DNA from: Eledone cirrhosa
Lineage: Eukaryota
DNA length: 64,000 nt
Reading direction: 5' to 3'
Assembly: GCA_964016885.1 (NCBI GenBank)
Contig: OZ024743.1
Span: 211,668,001 to 211,732,000 of the forward strand
Numbering within the stretch: the stretch's first letter is position 1; each line of letters starts with the position of its first letter. Below the pieces are notes generated by a model. That model was given only the letters and a program-made list of their open reading frames with translations. It had not been told where the DNA came from and ran no database searches. Below, piece after piece: positions 49,951 through 63,050 of the stretch. The position numbers were made by a program, and so were the translations under genes.

Positions 49951-52900
49951 TGTGTGTCTGCACATGTACCAGTAATTACAGATCGATCCGACCACGGGCG
50001 GCCGGCCCGCGATTGAAAAGGTAACTCCGCCGGCAAATCGTCATTTTTGTGATTCGTTTTCTTCGAAGCACACCATTCGCCGCCGGACTTCAGCTGCCTC
50101 ATTTAGCATGGGCAGTTTTTTTTGAAAATCACACCACACACAACCAATGTGTGTCTGCACATGTACCAGTAATTACAGATCGATCCCACCACGAGTTCAA
50201 TGTAAACTAACTTACGCTCAACGACTTTGTTGACGTTTAACACGGTTTGGTTCCACAGCCACAACTATTGATTTTAAGGAGATATCTTGCTGAAATTCAC
50301 GCCACACATAGCCAATGAGTGTCTGCACATGTACCAGTAATTACAGATCGATCCGACCAGGGGCGGCCGGCCCGCGATTGAAAAGGTAACTCCGCCGGCA
50401 AATCGTCATTTTTGGATTCGTTTTCTTCGAAGCACACCATTCGCCGGCGGACTTTGTTGACGTTTAACACGGTTTGGTTCCACAGCCACAACTATTGATT
50501 TTAAGGAGATATCTTGCTGAAATTCACGCCACACATAGCCAATGAGTGTCTGCACATGTACCAGTAATTACAGATCGATCCGACCACGGACGGCCGGCCC
50601 GCGATTGAAAAGGTAACTCCGCCGGCAAATCGTCATTTTCGGATTCGTTTTCTTCGAAGCACACCATTCGCCGGCGGACTTCAGCTGCCTCATTTAGCAT
50701 GGGCAGTTTTTCTTGAAGATCACACCACACACAGCCAATGAGTGTCTGCACATGTACCAGTAATTACAGATCGATCCGACCACGGGCGGCCGGCCCGCGA
50801 TTGAAAAGGTAACTCCGCCGGCAAATCGTCATTTTTGTGATCCGTTTTCTTCGAAGCACACCATTCGCCGGCGGACTTCAGCTGCCTCATTTAGCATGGG
50901 CAGTTTTTCTTGAAGATCACACCACACACAGCCAATGAGTGTCTGCACATGTACCAGTAATTAGAGATCGATCCGACCACGGGCGGCCGGCCCACGATCG
51001 AGAAAAAGGTAACTCCGCCGGCAAATCGTCATTTTTGTGATCCGTTTTCTTCGAAGCACACCATTCGCCGCCGGACTTCAGCTGCCTCATTTAGGATGGG
51101 CAGTTTTTTTTGAAAATCACACCACACACAACCAATGTGTGTCTGCACATGTACCAGTAATTACAGATCGATCCGACCACGGGCGGCCGGCCCGCGATTG
51201 AAAAGGTAACTCCGCCGGCAAATCGTCATTTTTGTGATTCGTTTTCTTCGAAGCACACCATTCGCCGCCGGACTTCAGCTGCCTCATTTATCATGGGCAG
51301 TTTTTTTTGAAAATCACACCACACACAACCAATGTGTGTCTGCACATGTACCAGTAATTACAGATCGATCCCACCACGAGTTCAATGTAAACTAACTTAC
51401 GCTCAACGACTTTGTTGACGTTTAACACGGTTTGGTTCCACAGCCACAACTATTGATTTTAAGGAGATATCTTGCTGAAATTCACGCCACACATAGCCAA
51501 TGAGTGTCTGCACATGTACCAGTAATTACAGATCGATGCGACCAGGGGCGGCCGGCCCGCGATTGAAAAGGTAACTCCGCCGGCAAATCGTCATTTTTGG
51601 ATTTGTTTTCTTCGAAGCACACCATTCGCCGGCGGACTTTGTTGACGTTTAACACGGTTTGGTTCCACAGCCACAACTATTGATTTTAAGGAGATATCTT
51701 GCTGAAATTCACGCCACACATAGCCAATGAGTGTCTGCACATGTACCAGTAATTACAGATCGATCCGACCACGGGCGGCCGGCCCGCGATTGAAAAGGTA
51801 ACTCCGCCGGCAAATCGTCATTTTTGTGATCCGTTTTCTTCGAAGCACACCATTCGCCGCCGGACTTCAGCTGCCTCATTTAGCATGGGCAGTTTTTTTT
51901 GAAAATCACACCACACACAACCAATGTGTGTCTGCACATGTACCAGTAATTACAGATCGATCCCACCACGGGCGGCCGGCCCACAATCGAAAAGGTTACT
52001 CCGCCTGCAAATCGTCATTTTCGGATTCGTTTTCTTCGAAGCACACCATTCGCCGGCGGACTTCAGCTGCCTCATTTAGCATGGGCAGTTTTTCTTGAAG
52101 ATCACACCACACACAGCCAATGAGTGTCTGCACATGTACCAGTAATTAGAGATCGATCCGACCACGGGCGGCCGGCCCACGATCGAGAAAAAGGTAACTC
52201 CGCCGGCAAATCGTCATTTTTGTGATCCGTTTTCTTCGAAGCACACCATTCGCCGCCGGACTTCAGCTGCCTCATTTAGCATGGGCAGTTTTTTTTGAAA
52301 ATCACACCACACACAACCAATGTGTGTCTGCACATGTACCAGTAATTACAGATCGATCCCACCACGAGTTCAATGTAAACAAACTTACGCTCAACGACTT
52401 TGTTGACGTTTAACACGGTTTGGTTCCACAGCCACAACTATTGATTTTACGGAGATATCTTGCTGAAATTCACGCCACACATAGCCAATGAGTGTCTGCA
52501 CATGTACCAGTAATTACAGATCGATCCGACCAGGGGCGGCCAGCCCGCGATTGAAAAGGTAACTCCGCCGGCAAATCGTCATTTTTGTGATTCGTTTTCT
52601 TCGAAGCACACCATTCGCCGGCGGACTTTGTTGACGTTTAACACGGTTTGGTTCCACAGCCACAACTATTGATTTTAAGGAGATATCTTGCTGAAATTCA
52701 CGCCACACATAGCCAATGAGTGTCTGCACATGTACCAGTAATTACAGATGGATCCCACCACGGGCGGCCGGCCCGCGATTGAAAAGGTTACTCCGCCTGC
52801 AAATCGTCATTTTCGGATTCGTTTTCTTCGAAGCACACCATTCGCCGGCGGACTTCAGCTGCCTCATTTAGCATGGGCAGTTTTTCTTGAAGATCACACC

Positions 52901-53912
52901 ACACACAGCCAATGAGTGTCTGCAGATGTACCAGTAATTAGAGATCGATCCGACCACGGGCGGCCGGCCCACGATCGAGAAAAAGGTAACTCCGCCGGCA
53001 AATCGTCATTTTTGTGATCCGTTTTCTTCGAAGCACACCATTCGCCGCCGGACTTCAGCTGCCTCATTTAGGATGGGCAGTTTTTTTTGAAAATCACACC
53101 ACACACAACCAATGTGTGTCTGCACATGTACCAGTAATTACAGATCGATCCGACCACGGGCGGCCGGCCCGCGATTGAAAAGGTAACTCCGCCGGCAAAT
53201 CGTCATTTTTGTGATTCGTTTTCTTCGAAGCACACCATTCGCCGCCGGACTTCAGCTGCCTCATTTAGCATGGGCAGTTTTTTTTGAAAATCACACCACA
53301 CACAACCAATGTGTGTCTGCACATGTACCAGTAATTACAGATCGATCCCACCACGAGTTCAATGTAAACTAACTTACGCTCAACGACTTTGTTGACGTTT
53401 AACACGGTTTGGTTCCACAGCCACAACTATTGATTTTAAGGAGATATCTTGCTGAAATTCACGCCACACATAGCCAATGAGTGTCTGCACATGTACCAGT
53501 AATTACAGATCGATCCGACCAGGGGCGGCCGGCCCGCGATTGAAAAGGTAACTCCGCCGGCAAATCGTCATTTTTGGATTCGTTTTCTTCGAAGCACACC
53601 ATTCGCCGGCGGACTTTGTTGACGTTTAACACGGTTTGGTTCCACAGCCACAACTATTGATTTTAAGGAGATATCTTGCTGAAATTCACGCCACACATAG
53701 CCAATGAGTGTCTGCACATGTACCAGTAATTACAGATCGATCCGACCACGGACGGCCGGCCCGCGATTGAAAAGGTAACTCCGCCGGCAAATCGTCATTT
53801 TCGGATTCGTTTTCTTCGAAGCACACCATTCGCCGGCGGACTTCAGCTGCCTCATTTAGCATGGGCAGTTTTTCTTGAAGATCACACCACACACAGCCAA
53901 TGAGTGTCTGCA
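47589..53912. repeat. 3162-bp 16-mer tandem duplication
   Basis: ORF offsets 48320->51482, 48664->51826, 49060->52222, 49352->52514, 50297->53459 and 50524->53686 are all 3162. Both copies share 'acggacgg', 'gatgcgac' and 'ggatttg'. Confidence 0.88.
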
Positions 53913-56900
53913 CATGTACCAGTAATTACAGATGGATCCCACCACGGGCGGCCGGCCCACAATCGAAAAGGTTACTCCGCCTGCAAATCGTCATTTTCGG
54001 ATTCGTTTTCTTCGAAGCACACCATTCGCCGGCGGACTTCAGCTGCCTCATTTAGCATGGGCAGTTTTTCTTGAAGATCACACGACACACAGCCAATGAG
54101 TGTCTGCACATGTACCAGTAATTAGAGATCGATCCGACCACGGGCGGCCGGCCCACGATCGAGAAAAAGGTAACTCCGCCGGCAAATCGTCATTTTTGTG
54201 ATCCGTTTTCTTCGAAGCACACCATTCGCCGCCGGACTTCAGCTGCCTCATTTAGGATGGGCAGTTTTTTTTGAAAATCACACCACACACAACCAATGTG
54301 TGTCTGCACATGTACCAGTAATTACAGATCGATCCGACCACGGGCGGCCGGCCCGCGATTGAAAAGGTAACTCCGCCGGCAAATCGTCATTTTTGTGATT
54401 CGTTTTCTTCGAAGCACACCATTCGCCGCCGGACTTCAGCTGCCTCATTTAGCATGGGCAGTTTTTTTTGAAAATCACACCACACACAACCAATGTGTGT
54501 CTGCACATGTACCAGTAATTACAGATCGATCCCACCACGAGTTCAATGTAAACTAACTTACGCTCAACGACTTTGTTGACGTTTAACACGGTTTGGTTCC
54601 ACAGCCACAACTATTGATTTTAAGGAGATATCTTGCTGAAATTCACGCCACACATAGCCAATGAGTGTCTGCACATGTACCAGTAATTACAGATCGATGC
54701 GACCAGGGGCGGCCGGCCCGCGATTGAAAAGGTAACTCCGCCGGCAAATCGTCATTTTTGGATTCGTTTTCTTCGAAGCACACCATTCGCCGGCGGACTT
54801 TGTTGACGTTTAACACGGTTTGGTTCCACAGCCACAACTATTGATTTTAAGGAGATATCTTGCTGAAATTCACGCCACACATAGCCAATGAGTGTCTGCA
54901 CATTTACCAGTAATTACAGATCGATCCGACCACGGGCGGCCGGCCCGCGATTGAAAAGGTAACTCCGCCGGCAAATCGTCATTTTTGTGATCCGTTTTCT
55001 TCGAAGCACACCATTCGCCGCCGGACTTCAGCTGCCTCATTTAGCATGGGCAGTTTTTTTTGAAAATCACACCACACACAACCAATGTGTGTCTGCACAT
55101 GTACCAGTAATTACAGATCGATCCCACCACGGGCGGCCGGCCCACAATCGAAAAGGTTACTCCGCCTGCAAATCGTCATTTTCGGATTCGTTTTCTTCGA
55201 AGCACACCATTCGCCGGCGGACTTCAGCTGCCTCATTTAGCATGGGCAGTTTTTCTTGAAGATCACACCACACACAGCCAATGAGTGTCTGCACATGTAC
55301 CAGTAATTAGAGATCGATCCGACCACGGGCGGCCGGCCCACGATCGAGAAAAAGGTAACTCCGCCGGCAAATCGTCATTTTTGTGATCCGTTTTCTTCGA
55401 AGCACACCATTCGCTGCCGGACTTCAGCTGCCTCATTTAGCATGGGCAGTTTTTTTTGAAAATCACACCACACACAACCAATGTGTGTCTGCACATGTAC
55501 CAGTAATTACAGATCGATCCGACCAGGGGCGGCCAGCCCGCGATTGAAAAGGTAACTCCGCCGGCAAATCGTCATTTTTGTGATTCGTTTTCTTCGAAGC
55601 ACACCATTCGCCGGCGGACTTTGTTGACGTTTAACACGGTTTGGTTCCACAGCCACAACTATTGATTTTAAGGAGATATCTTGCTGAAATTCACGCCACA
55701 CATAGCCAATGAGTGTCTGCACATGTACCAGTAATTACAGATGGATCCCACCACGGGCGGCCGGCCCGCGATTGAAAAGGTTACTCCGCCTGCAAATCGT
55801 CATTTTCGGATTCGTTTTCTTCGAAGCACACCATTCGCCGGCGGACTTCAGCTGCCTCATTTAGCATGAGCAGTTTTTCTTGAAGATCACACCACACACA
55901 GCCAATGAGTGTCTGCACATGTACCAGTAATTACAGATGGATCCCACCACGGGCGGCCGGCCCACAATCGAAAAGGTAACTCCGCCGGCAAATCGTCATT
56001 TTCGGATTCGTTTTCTTCGAAGCACACCATTCGCCGGCGGACTTCAGCTGCCTCATTTAGCATGGGCAGTTTTTCTTGAAGATCACACCACACACAGCCA
56101 ATGAGTGTCTGCACATGTACCAGTAATTAGAGATCGATCCGACCACGGGCGGCCGGCCCACGATCGAGAAAAAGGTAACTCCGCCGGCAAATCGTCATTT
56201 TTGTGATCCGTTTTCTTCGAAGCACACCATTCGCCGCCGGACTTCAGCTGCCTCATTTAGGATGGGCAGTTTTTTTTGAAAATCACACCACACACAACCA
56301 ATGTGTGTCTGCACATGTACCAGTAATTACAGATCGATCCGACCACGGGCGGCCGGCCCGCGATTGAAAAGGTAACTCCGCCGGCAAATCGTCATTTTTG
56401 TGATTCGTTTTCTTCGAAGCACACCATTCGCCGCCGGACTTCAGCTGCCTCATTTAGCATGGGCAGTTTTTTTTGAAAATCACACCACACACAACCAATG
56501 TGTGTCTGCACATGTACCAGTAATTACAGATCGATCCCACCACGAGTTCAATGTAAACTAACTTACGCTCAACGACTTTGTTGACGTTTAACACGGTTTG
56601 GTTCCACAGCCACAACTATTGATTTTAAGGAGATATCTTGCTGAAATTCACGCCACACATAGCCAATGAGTGTCTGCACATGTACCAGTAATTACAGATC
56701 GATCCGACCAGGGGCGGCCGGCCCGCGATTGAAAAGGTAACTCCGCCGGCAAATCGTCATTTTTGGATTCGTTTTCTTCGAAGCACACCATTCGCCGGCG
56801 GACTTTGTTGACGTTTAACACGGTTTGGTTCCACAGCCACAACTATTGATTTTAAGGAGATATCTTGCTGAAATTCACGCCACACATAGCCAATGAGTGT

Positions 56901-59900
56901 CTGCACATGTACCAGTAATTACAGATCGATCCGACCACGGACGGCCGGCCCGCGATTGAAAAGGTAACTCCGCCGGCAAATCGTCATTTTCGGATTCGTT
57001 TTCTTCGAAGCACACCATTCGCCGGCGGACTTCAGCTGCCTCATTTAGCATGGGCAGTTTTTCTTGAAGATCACACCACACACAGCCAATGAGTGTCTGC
57101 ACATGTACCAGTAATTACAGATCGATCCGACCACGGGCGGCCGGCCCGCGATTGAAAAGGTAACTCCGCCGGCAAATCGTCATTTTTGTGATCCGTTTTC
57201 TTCGAAGCACACCATTCGCCGGCGGACTTCAGCTGCCTCATTTAGCATGGGCAGTTTTTCTTGAAGATCACACCACACACAGCCAATGAGTGTCTGCACA
57301 TGTACCAGTAATTAGAGATCGATCCGACCACGGGCGGCCGGCCCACGATCGAGAAAAAGGTAACTCCGCCGGCAAATCGTCATTTTTGTGATCCGTTTTC
57401 TTCGAAGCACACCATTCGCCGCCGGACTTCAGCTGCCTCATTTAGGATGGGCAGTTTTTTTTGAAAATCACACCACACACAACCAATGTGTGTCTGCACA
57501 TGTACCAGTAATTACAGATCGATCCGACCACGGGCGGCCGGCCCGCGATTGAAAAGGTAACTCCGCCGGCAAATCGTCATTTTTGTGATTCGTTTTCTTC
57601 GAAGCACACCATTCGCCGCCGGACTTCAGCTGCCTCATTTATCATGGGCAGTTTTTTTTGAAAATCACACCACACACAACCAATGTGTGTCTGCACATGT
57701 ACCAGTAATTACAGATCGATCCCACCACGAGTTCAATGTAAACTAACTTACGCTCAACGACTTTGTTGACGTTTAACACGGTTTGGTTCCACAGCCACAA
57801 CTATTGATTTTAAGGAGATATCTTGCTGAAATTCACGCCACACATAGCCAATGAGTGTCTGCACATGTACCAGTAATTACAGATCGATGCGACCAGGGGC
57901 GGCCGGCCCGCGATTGAAAAGGTAACTCCGCCGGCAAATCGTCATTTTTGGATTTGTTTTCTTCGAAGCACACCATTCGCCGGCGGACTTTGTTGACGTT
58001 TAACACGGTTTGGTTCCACAGCCACAACTATTGATTTTAAGGAGATATCTTGCTGAAATTCACGCCACACATAGCCAATGAGTGTCTGCACATGTACCAG
58101 TAATTACAGATCGATCCGACCACGGGCGGCCGGCCCGCGATTGAAAAGGTAACTCCGCCGGCAAATCGTCATTTTTGTGATCCGTTTTCTTCGAAGCACA
58201 CCATTCGCCGCCGGACTTCAGCTGCCTCATTTAGCATGGGCAGTTTTTTTTGAAAATCACACCACACACAACCAATGTGTGTCTGCACATGTACCAGTAA
58301 TTACAGATCGATCCCACCACGGGCGGCCGGCCCACAATCGAAAAGGTTACTCCGCCTGCAAATCGTCATTTTCGGATTCGTTTTCTTCGAAGCACACCAT
58401 TCGCCGGCGGACTTCAGCTGCCTCATTTAGCATGGGCAGTTTTTCTTGAAGATCACACCACACACAGCCAATGAGTGTCTGCACATGTACCAGTAATTAG
58501 AGATCGATCCGACCACGGGCGGCCGGCCCACGATCGAGAAAAAGGTAACTCCGCCGGCAAATCGTCATTTTTGTGATCCGTTTTCTTCGAAGCACACCAT
58601 TCGCCGCCGGACTTCAGCTGCCTCATTTAGCATGGGCAGTTTTTTTTGAAAATCACACCACACACAACCAATGTGTGTCTGCACATGTACCAGTAATTAC
58701 AGATCGATCCCACCACGAGTTCAATGTAAACAAACTTACGCTCAACGACTTTGTTGACGTTTAACACGGTTTGGTTCCACAGCCACAACTATTGATTTTA
58801 CGGAGATATCTTGCTGAAATTCACGCCACACATAGCCAATGAGTGTCTGCACATGTACCAGTAATTACAGATCGATCCGACCAGGGGCGGCCAGCCCGCG
58901 ATTGAAAAGGTAACTCCGCCGGCAAATCGTCATTTTTGTGATTCGTTTTCTTCGAAGCACACCATTCGCCGGCGGACTTTGTTGACGTTTAACACGGTTT
59001 GGTTCCACAGCCACAACTATTGATTTTAAGGAGATATCTTGCTGAAATTCACGCCACACATAGCCAATGAGTGTCTGCACATGTACCAGTAATTACAGAT
59101 GGATCCCACCACGGGCGGCCGGCCCGCGATTGAAAAGGTTACTCCGCCTGCAAATCGTCATTTTCGGATTCGTTTTCTTCGAAGCACACCATTCGCCGGC
59201 GGACTTCAGCTGCCTCATTTAGCATGGGCAGTTTTTCTTGAAGATCACACCACACACAGCCAATGAGTGTCTGCAGATGTACCAGTAATTAGAGATCGAT
59301 CCGACCACGGGCGGCCGGCCCACGATCGAGAAAAAGGTAACTCCGCCGGCAAATCGTCATTTTTGTGATCCGTTTTCTTCGAAGCACACCATTCGCCGCC
59401 GGACTTCAGCTGCCTCATTTAGGATGGGCAGTTTTTTTTGAAAATCACACCACACACAACCAATGTGTGTCTGCACATGTACCAGTAATTACAGATCGAT
59501 CCGACCACGGGCGGCCGGCCCGCGATTGAAAAGGTAACTCCGCCGGCAAATCGTCATTTTTGTGATTCGTTTTCTTCGAAGCACACCATTCGCCGCCGGA
59601 CTTCAGCTGCCTCATTTAGCATGGGCAGTTTTTTTTGAAAATCACACCACACACAACCAATGTGTGTCTGCACATGTACCAGTAATTACAGATCGATCCC
59701 ACCACGAGTTCAATGTAAACTAACTTACGCTCAACGACTTTGTTGACGTTTAACACGGTTTGGTTCCACAGCCACAACTATTGATTTTAAGGAGATATCT
59801 TGCTGAAATTCACGCCACACATAGCCAATGAGTGTCTGCACATGTACCAGTAATTACAGATCGATCCGACCAGGGGCGGCCGGCCCGCGATTGAAAAGGT

Positions 59901-62900
59901 AACTCCGCCGGCAAATCGTCATTTTTGGATTCGTTTTCTTCGAAGCACACCATTCGCCGGCGGACTTTGTTGACGTTTAACACGGTTTGGTTCCACAGCC
60001 ACAACTATTGATTTTAAGGAGATATCTTGCTGAAATTCACGCCACACATAGCCAATGAGTGTCTGCACATGTACCAGTAATTACAGATCGATCCGACCAC
60101 GGACGGCCGGCCCGCGATTGAAAAGGTAACTCCGCCGGCAAATCGTCATTTTCGGATTCGTTTTCTTCGAAGCACACCATTCGCCGGCGGACTTCAGCTG
60201 CCTCATTTAGCATGGGCAGTTTTTCTTGAAGATCACACCACACACAGCCAATGAGTGTCTGCACATGTACCAGTAATTACAGATGGATCCCACCACGGGC
60301 GGCCGGCCCACAATCGAAAAGGTTACTCCGCCTGCAAATCGTCATTTTCGGATTCGTTTTCTTCGAAGCACACCATTCGCCGGCGGACTTCAGCTGCCTC
60401 ATTTAGCATGGGCAGTTTTTCTTGAAGATCACACGACACACAGCCAATGAGTGTCTGCACATGTACCAGTAATTAGAGATCGATCCGACCACGGGCGGCC
60501 GGCCCACGATCGAGAAAAAGGTAACTCCGCCGGCAAATCGTCATTTTTGTGATCCGTTTTCTTCGAAGCACACCATTCGCCGCCGGACTTCAGCTGCCTC
60601 ATTTAGGATGGGCAGTTTTTTTTGAAAATCACACCACACACAACCAATGTGTGTCTGCACATGTACCAGTAATTACAGATCGATCCGACCACGGGCGGCC
60701 GGCCCGCGATTGAAAAGGTAACTCCGCCGGCAAATCGTCATTTTTGTGATTCGTTTTCTTCGAAGCACACCATTCGCCGCCGGACTTCAGCTGCCTCATT
60801 TAGCATGGGCAGTTTTTTTTGAAAATCACACCACACACAACCAATGTGTGTCTGCACATGTACCAGTAATTACAGATCGATCCCACCACGAGTTCAATGT
60901 AAACTAACTTACGCTCAACGACTTTGTTGACGTTTAACACGGTTTGGTTCCACAGCCACAACTATTGATTTTAAGGAGATATCTTGCTGAAATTCACGCC
61001 ACACATAGCCAATGAGTGTCTGCACATGTACCAGTAATTACAGATCGATGCGACCAGGGGCGGCCGGCCCGCGATTGAAAAGGTAACTCCGCCGGCAAAT
61101 CGTCATTTTTGGATTCGTTTTCTTCGAAGCACACCATTCGCCGGCGGACTTTGTTGACGTTTAACACGGTTTGGTTCCACAGCCACAACTATTGATTTTA
61201 AGGAGATATCTTGCTGAAATTCACGCCACACATAGCCAATGAGTGTCTGCACATTTACCAGTAATTACAGATCGATCCGACCACGGGCGGCCGGCCCGCG
61301 ATTGAAAAGGTAACTCCGCCGGCAAATCGTCATTTTTGTGATCCGTTTTCTTCGAAGCACACCATTCGCCGCCGGACTTCAGCTGCCTCATTTAGCATGG
61401 GCAGTTTTTTTTGAAAATCACACCACACACAACCAATGTGTGTCTGCACATGTACCAGTAATTACAGATCGATCCCACCACGGGCGGCCGGCCCACAATC
61501 GAAAAGGTTACTCCGCCTGCAAATCGTCATTTTCGGATTCGTTTTCTTCGAAGCACACCATTCGCCGGCGGACTTCAGCTGCCTCATTTAGCATGGGCAG
61601 TTTTTCTTGAAGATCACACCACACACAGCCAATGAGTGTCTGCACATGTACCAGTAATTAGAGATCGATCCGACCACGGGCGGCCGGCCCACGATCGAGA
61701 AAAAGGTAACTCCGCCGGCAAATCGTCATTTTTGTGATCCGTTTTCTTCGAAGCACACCATTCGCTGCCGGACTTCAGCTGCCTCATTTAGCATGGGCAG
61801 TTTTTTTTGAAAATCACACCACACACAACCAATGTGTGTCTGCACATGTACCAGTAATTACAGATCGATCCGACCAGGGGCGGCCAGCCCGCGATTGAAA
61901 AGGTAACTCCGCCGGCAAATCGTCATTTTTGTGATTCGTTTTCTTCGAAGCACACCATTCGCCGGCGGACTTTGTTGACGTTTAACACGGTTTGGTTCCA
62001 CAGCCACAACTATTGATTTTAAGGAGATATCTTGCTGAAATTCACGCCACACATAGCCAATGAGTGTCTGCACATGTACCAGTAATTACAGATGGATCCC
62101 ACCACGGGCGGCCGGCCCGCGATTGAAAAGGTTACTCCGCCTGCAAATCGTCATTTTCGGATTCGTTTTCTTCGAAGCACACCATTCGCCGGCGGACTTC
62201 AGCTGCCTCATTTAGCATGAGCAGTTTTTCTTGAAGATCACACCACACACAGCCAATGAGTGTCTGCACATGTACCAGTAATTACAGATGGATCCCACCA
62301 CGGGCGGCCGGCCCACAATCGAAAAGGTAACTCCGCCGGCAAATCGTCATTTTCGGATTCGTTTTCTTCGAAGCACACCATTCGCCGGCGGACTTCAGCT
62401 GCCTCATTTAGCATGGGCAGTTTTTCTTGAAGATCACACCACACACAGCCAATGAGTGTCTGCACATGTACCAGTAATTAGAGATCGATCCGACCACGGG
62501 CGGCCGGCCCACGATCGAGAAAAAGGTAACTCCGCCGGCAAATCGTCATTTTTGTGATCCGTTTTCTTCGAAGCACACCATTCGCCGCCGGACTTCAGCT
62601 GCCTCATTTAGGATGGGCAGTTTTTTTTGAAAATCACACCACACACAACCAATGTGTGTCTGCACATGTACCAGTAATTACAGATCGATCCGACCACGGG
62701 CGGCCGGCCCGCGATTGAAAAGGTAACTCCGCCGGCAAATCGTCATTTTTGTGATTCGTTTTCTTCGAAGCACACCATTCGCCGCCGGACTTCAGCTGCC
62801 TCATTTAGCATGGGCAGTTTTTTTTGAAAATCACACCACACACAACCAATGTGTGTCTGCACATGTACCAGTAATTACAGATCGATCCCACCACGAGTTC

Positions 62901-63050
62901 AATGTAAACTAACTTACGCTCAACGACTTTGTTGACGTTTAACACGGTTTGGTTCCACAGCCACAACTATTGATTTTAAGGAGATATCTTGCTGAAATTC
63001 ACGCCACACATAGCCAATGAGTGTCTGCACATGTACCAGTAATTACAGAT
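49764..63050. repeat. 6351-bp tandem duplication (~2.1 copies), the largest period in the window
   Basis: Every ORF from 50297 to 56875 has a counterpart exactly 6351 bp downstream (e.g. 50297->56648, 52514->58865, 55887->62238). Rare SNVs are paired at that offset: 'cacgacac' ~54084/60435, 'cacattta' ~54904/61255, 'cgctgccg' ~55415/61766 and 'catgagcag' ~55869/62220. Confidence 0.92.
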
